Positions 58,042-64,000 of a stretch of 64,000 nt of DNA are shown here, piece by piece. The DNA comes from Octopus sinensis. Lineage: Eukaryota. The stretch lies in the NCBI RefSeq assembly GCF_006345805.1, contig NC_043001.1, positions 30,442,001-30,506,000 on the forward strand, given 5' to 3'. The notes under the pieces are model-generated. The model had not been told where the DNA came from and did not search any database. It was given only the letters and a program-made list of their open reading frames with translations. Numbering within the stretch: the stretch's first letter is position 1; the number at the start of each line of letters is the position of its first letter. The translations under genes and the position numbers were made by a program.

Positions 58042-61000
58042 CTGAAATAAAATAAGGAAAGAAATTTAGATCAAAAAGTATGTCGAGAAGTAAAGTCTTG
58101 TCAAAAACAATAATAAACTTAAGATGCTATAACAAGCATGTTTTGAACAGATAAAGAAAATATGGATCGTTATAGTTTCACTCACAGATTTTTTTAATTA
58201 TTTTTTTTTTAACTAAACAGTTCAAAACTTGGATACTGGTAGTAATTTCTCATGCTGAATATAGTTCACTTTCAACATTTTTGACACAGGTTCCAATTTT
58301 CATGGTTAAAAGAGGCAATTATCCATCACTATTCTTACATACTAAATATAAAACACTGAAAAAACAGAAAAATAATATAGACCACTAACAAAAGGAAACT
58401 TACTTGATTTTAATTTAGATACTTTAAAGATGGCACTTGGTTTAATATTAGTGATGTGACCAAGGAGAATCCAGCTGGGTCCAGTAAGACTGGGCCAAGA
58501 AAAGTATACTGTAAATAATCAAATAAAAACTAGTTTTATACAAGGCAACAAAAGATTAAAAAAAACTACCCCCACCACAAAATTTTTCAAATGGTAAGAT
58601 GATGGCTGTCTCTCAGTAAGGTTACAATAATATAAGATTCTTAATAGAGTTAAGTCAGTCATAAATATTTGTTTGTCTTTATAGGTTATGTGATCATGGT
58701 TTTGATTCCCAGACCAGCAGCATGTTGTGTTCTTAAGCAAGACACTTCATTTCATGATGCTTCAGTCCACTCAGCTGTAAATGGTTAACCCTGTGACAGA
58801 CTGGCATTCCAATCAAGGGGAATGTTGGCCTGCTTGCCTAGCCAATGGGATGACATTATTTGATAGCTATACCAATGCAGAGAAGTGCATTGTAACCAGT
58901 GGTGTATAACACCTGATAGTTTGTTTGATACAGTGATATAGGCCATACAATAATTTGTCATGTAAAGTCAGTCTATGGTTTTGTTTTTTTAATTATAGTG
59001 TCTTATTCCACATGTTGCTACCCTTTAGGTGGAGCAATGTACTATATTACATGCAGCATCAGTCAAAGTATGACAGCATTCAGCTAATGCTGACAATATA
59101 ATGCATCAGACTGGAGTATGTTGTCATTAATATTATACAATGTTAAAAAGTAGAAATGAAATGAAGTCTACAAATTTTGTAGCTGAATATTTGTTGAACA
59201 AAAAAAAAAAAAAGAAAAACAGAGAGTTAAGTTATTTCACATACAGGTAAAATAATCAATATCATCACAATTTTTTATTCCATACAGGTAAGGGTTGGAC
59301 AGTCAAGAAAAAAAAAAAGAAAAGATAGAGAGAGATTAGTGCGTTATGAAGAATAATATATTTTACAGCTTTTCTTTCACTACAGAATATTTCCATTTTC
59401 TGCTTAACTATCCATAACCAGTAATTGTCAGCAATGTATATAATTTGCCTAACTGACTTCAAAGGAGAAGGGAAATAGAAGCTGTGCTAAATATAAGTGA
59501 AGCAAACAGATTTATCTATGTCTTTCCTTTCACTTATATTGTTCTAAATGCTTAAGTCTCCTTAGCAACTAAACACATCACCACCACCTCTCACCATTAT
59601 CACTTCCAGGTGACTGCTACAAAATTCCTTACCTTACCAAATATTGTCATGGAGACATCATTACTTTCGACTATCTCTGTATAAATGTCAAACTGAAAGC
59701 AGTTAATTTGACAAGATAAATTTTATGAAATATATATTACTCTTTTACTTGTTTCAGTCATTTAACTGCGGCCATGCTGGAGCACCGCCTTTAATTGAGG
59801 AACTCGACCCCGAGACTTATTCTTTGTAAGCCCATTACTTATTCTATCAGTCTCTTTTTGCCGAACCGCTAAGTGACGGGGACATAATCACACCAGCATC
59901 GGTTGTCAAGCAATACTAGGGGGACAAACACAGACACACACATACATATATATATATATATACATATATACGACGGGCTTCTTTCAGTTTCCACCTACCA
60001 AATCCACTCACAAGGCTTTCGTCGGCCTGAGGCTATAGCAGAAGACGCTTGCCCAAGGTGCCACGCAGTGGGAGTGAACCCGAAACCATGTGGTTGGTAA
60101 GCAAGCTACTAACCACACAGCCACTCCTGTAATTATCATTATTTAACATCTGTTTTTCCGTGCTGGCACCAAATGGACAGTTTGACATGAGCTGGAGAGC
60201 CACAAGACTGCACCAAGCTCTACTGCCTGCTTTGACATGCTTTCTATGGCTGGATGCCCTCTTAACACAAACCACTTGAGAGTGAAAGGGGAGAGCGGCG
60301 TGAGGGAAGTGTGTGTGTGTGTGTGTGTTTAAATACTCTTTCAGATACTGAACTAACTGATAACTTTGCTGTTTTGATTTCTACATAAATTAATTAAGAT
60401 AATTTTTGAATGATTTTTTTAAAATTGTAAACACAAAATTGAAATTCTCCTGAAATCTTTTTACTGGAATTTTGTTTCTATATCAGAACCAGCTAAAAAT
60501 AACTGTGTCTGTCACTCAGGAGTAGACTTTTGTGGAGATTAACAAAGAAAACTGTTTTAATCTTATTCAATTGAAGATCATATATTATTATGATTGACAA
60601 CATATTGTAAATAGGAAATGTATTTAAAGTATGAAAGTCTTCTCTAAATCTTCTTACACTCCTTATAATTTTTGCTGTGCATTTGTGTCAAGATTGTATT
60701 GTATCAATGTATTGGTTTCTACCAATCTATACATATAAAGCTGAAGTTGTCTGTGTGTGTGGCAGGTTTGGTAGCCTTCAACTAACACTATTTCCTCCGA
60801 GACCCTGTGGCGCAAGTTGACCAAAATTGAAAGTATGATTGAAGAAGGCTTGCTCTTCATTCTGTAGAAGAAAAAATTCAAATCGGCCCACGTTAAGACC
60901 AAAAATTATTTACATCAAAAAGGTGCTTTTTTTTTCTATGAAAATCCCTTTTTTTACGATTTTTTTGACTGCTGTGTCACCATTTTTTGGTGTATTTCAA

Positions 61001-61802
61001 CCAGAAAAATGTTCACTTAAAGAGAATAACAAGCTACATAATGTAAAATTTTTACTTTTCAAAAAAAGATTGAAACTATGTCAAAACTTTGTTAACGCGA
61101 CATCAAAGTCTGCCGTTTTAAGCGCAACTAAAAAACAAACCTGAGCAACGCCAGGCTATACTGCTAGTACATTGATATAATGTAAGTAAACCACTGATTA
61201 CTATAATCTTAAGCTGTATAAAAGATATTAATCACTCTGAAGCTGATATTACAAACCAAAATAGTATTAGAGACAGAGAGCTTTAGCAGTAGTAATTGGT
61301 CTATCATGTCATTAGTTGTGAATTTTTGATTTTTATTTTGATACAGGCACCAACTGTGACATATCTAAAATAGTAGATTTATCTTCCACATGGTTGAATA
61401 TTATAAACATAATAACTATACAAATGAATATATAGGGCTTTATATATATTTATTTATATAACTATACAAATAAATCTATATACTTCAAGCAAATTTGTAA
61501 TAGGACAATGGAGATTTATTTTTGGCAAAAATCAATAAAATCATCAATTAGACTTTACTAAAACAAAGATCAATATTTGAAAGACTTTAACTAATGTTTT
61601 TAATTTAATGTAAAAATTTTAATCATCAAAATCATTTAATCACAAAAATCACAAATAAATGCACAATCTTACCAGCTCCACCATAACCATCAGGGAAAGG
61701 AATTTGTCCTGTAAGGAAAACTACTATGTGGTTGATGTTTTCGGACTCCAAAATATTAAACAGAAACTGGTTTTCGGTTACCTGTTCACAGTTTGTTTGG
61801 AC
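57728..61802 (-). CDS. HIKESHI: Hikeshi (Hsp70 nuclear import carrier, OPI10 family), 5'-partial, 3 exons
   Basis: complement(join(57728-58041,58404-58508,61673-61802)); phases consistent. [18 protein letters not shown]...[27 protein letters not shown]...[23 protein letters not shown]...FNFASSF...[19 protein letters not shown]. The short first exon (about 10 codons expected) was not found in the window. Confidence 0.95.
58404..58508 (-). CDS. HIKESHI: HIKESHI exon
   Basis: minus strand atttacag|TA...TCAA|gtaag; [35 protein letters not shown]. Confidence 0.95.
59739..60129 (-). mobile_element. SINE family A, full length
   Basis: Reverse complement of 574-956. Confidence 0.85.
60726..61167 (+). 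mobile_element. Non-autonomous Helitron
   Basis: A|TCTATACATATAAAG 5' end, hairpin cctgagcaacgccagg, CTAG|T 3' end. Confidence 0.85.
61673..61802 (-). CDS. HIKESHI: HIKESHI exon (second, by homology)
   Basis: minus strand gattccag|GTC...GCTG|gtaag. Confidence 0.93.
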
Positions 61803-62150
61803 CTGGAATCAGAATTAGAATTCCGGAATCAAAATTAGAAGCTGACCAAAGTATATGCAGTTTAATATTATTTTTTCAGCTGAAATGATAAAATCAGACC
61901 TTCCCCCACTCACTCCCACCAAAGAACAGCATTATAATTACATCTATTTCCATAATTACTATATGCATAGCCAGCTACATGGTGTGGATTCAGTCCCACT
62001 GCATGGCACCTTGAACAAGTGTCTTCTATTATAGCCCCAGGCTGACTAAAGCTTTGAGTGGGTTTAGTAGACGGAAACTGAAAGAAATGTTATATATATA
62101 TATTAATAATATAAGGGTAAATAATTATTAATTTTAAAATTAACAATTAT

Positions 62151-62191
62151 TACCGAGTAGTTTCGGCATGGAAATATAACCATTATCGGTA
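62151..62191 (-). ncRNA. Degenerate hammerhead-like motif (core damaged)
   Basis: Minus strand UACC-gaua-AUGG-uuauauuu-CCAU-gcc-GAAA-cuac-UC-GGUA; helices and GAAA/UC present, CUGANGA lost. Confidence 0.3.
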
Positions 62192-62219
62192 GGAACTTTT
62201 ACAAAAAGTTCTTTATATA

Positions 62220-62760
62220 TATCATCATCATCATCGTTTAGCGTCCGCTTTCCATGCTAGCATGGGTTGGATGGTTCAACTGGGGTCTGGGAAGCCAGAA
62301 GGCTGCACCAGGCCCAGTCTGATCTGGCAACGTTTCTACGGCAGGATGCCCTTCCTAGTGGGTGCTTTTTATGTGCCAGACGAGGCTGGCAAACGGCCAC
62401 GATCGGATGGTGCTTTTTACATGCCACCGGCACGGAGGCCAGGCGAGGCTGGCAATGGCCACGATCGGATGGTGCTTTTTATGTGCCACTGGCACAGAGG
62501 CCAGTCAGGGTGGTGCTGGCAACAGCCACGTTTGGATGGTTCTCTTATGTGCCACAGGCACTGGTGTCACAGCTACAATTTCCATTGATGTTGATCGATT
62601 TCGATTTTGATTTTCACTTGCCTCAACAGGTCTTCACAAGTAGAGTTTTGTGTCCCAAGAAGGAAAGGTATGCATATGTGGACTGGCTACATCCCAGGTA
62701 GAGGCCACGGGTTATGGTCTCACTTGTCCTGCCGGGTCTTCTCATATATATAGAGATGTA
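62220..62760 (-). mobile_element. RTE-type 3' module with tandem units
   Basis: Same family; lies in HIKESHI intron. Confidence 0.8.
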
Positions 62761-64000
62761 TAGGCATGTCAGGAATAGTGTTAGAGAGTTTTGGGAAGCA
62801 CAGATTTTCAAAGGGTAGTGTCCTGACAGTTAATCAACCAATGCTTTGACAATTCTGAACATGAAGAAAAATGTTTCTGAAAGTCACAAGTGATGTATTG
62901 TTTTTTGATTTAATAAGAACGTCCATGGGTGATAGCGATAATGAATTCAAAAAGGCAGTCAAAGTTATTGGAAATAGGGTGGATAATCTCGTTGGCATAT
63001 ATCAAAGCATTAACATGTTATTGCCCCAAGAAACAAAACAGTCAAGAACAAGATTATGAGAGTTCCAGAATGTCTCTCTGGCAGAACTCCATCAGTTTGA
63101 TGGTACAGCTAATGAGATTGACAGGTGATAGACATTTACCAGTTTTAATCTGGGGGATAACACTGGAAATTTTCCACTGTTCAAGGTAACACAATTATTA
63201 AAGCAGAATTGGAAGAAGAATGAAAGCTGGTGCAACAGAAGGTCACTGCATTTGGAAAGTAGAAAAATAACTCTTTCCAGAACATGGATTGTAGAGAATT
63301 GTGTCAATATTTGAAATGGCATCACGACATTGCAGGAGTAAATTTAACAGATTTTATGGAATTTGGTGTTAGTAGTGTGAAGGTGGTATGTTTGGATTTT
63401 CAAAAGTAAAAATGTTAGCAATTGGCAATAAGCTCAGCACACTCTTTGAAGTTATCAGTAATCTGTGAAGGGATTGTGGAAGGAGCCAATTGGTGGGAAT
63501 GAGGCCTCTGTTTTGATTGCATATACTTCCACAACATTATATTTTCCAGTTTTGTTGCTAAGCACTCTTCAACTTTAAGTACTGTCTTTTTAGTTACCTG
63601 TTTGATATGGCTATTGTGCCTTTCTCTTTTCTCTTTTACTTGTCTGTCATTTGACTGCGGCCATGCTGGAGCACCGCCTTTAATTGAGTAACTCGACCCC
63701 GGGACTTATTCTTTGTAAGTCCAGCCCAGATTGAATTAAAAATGTACTAGAGGATAGTATCAACATCTTTGGAATTGTAAGTTCAAGCCAATTTTGGTGC
63801 TTTAACACAGAACAGTAAGAGTTCCAGTTGAAGTGAGCAGTTTGTGATGGTGGCAGCTTTCCTTTCAGCCAATAAGACACAGATTGCCAATGGACATAGC
63901 ATGACTGGAGATATCTAAATGTTCCTCAGTAGAGATGTTGATAACACTTTCAGGAGCAGTGATAAACAAATAGTAGATCCAAAGTGTTGTTACCTCTTGT

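Noticed and set aside
62821-63350. Protein-like frames in the HIKESHI intron
   Set aside because: Several stops, no recognisable motif or splice pattern; probably a decayed transposon. HIKESHI exon 1 not found here.

Overview
AT-rich, repeat-dense animal genomic DNA; the repeat landscape looks octopus/cephalopod-like, but that is an inference. Three spliced protein-coding genes were reconstructed by hand with GT-AG junctions and consistent reading-frame phase: the last 12 exons of CWH43/PGAP2IP (+, 1671-26720; 5' part lies upstream of the window), a complete 9-exon C9orf78/TLS1 splicing-factor gene (+, 39359-54061, 295 aa) and the last 3 exons of HIKESHI (-, 57728-61802; first exon not found in the window). 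Introns and intergenic DNA are filled with tRNA-headed SINEs, RTE/CR1/Penelope retroelement fragments, mariner remnants, non-autonomous Helitrons and several MITE families. Best leads: (1) hammerhead ribozyme folds inside short (TA)n-flanked elements, one full-length and sense-oriented in C9orf78 intron 6, another next to a Penelope-like RT; (2) C9orf78 exon 1 bracketed by two inverted copies of a telomere-repeat-bearing MITE; (3) a triple NAGNAGNAG acceptor in C9orf78, itself a reported NAGNAG regulator. All calls are by eye; no database search or folding program was run.
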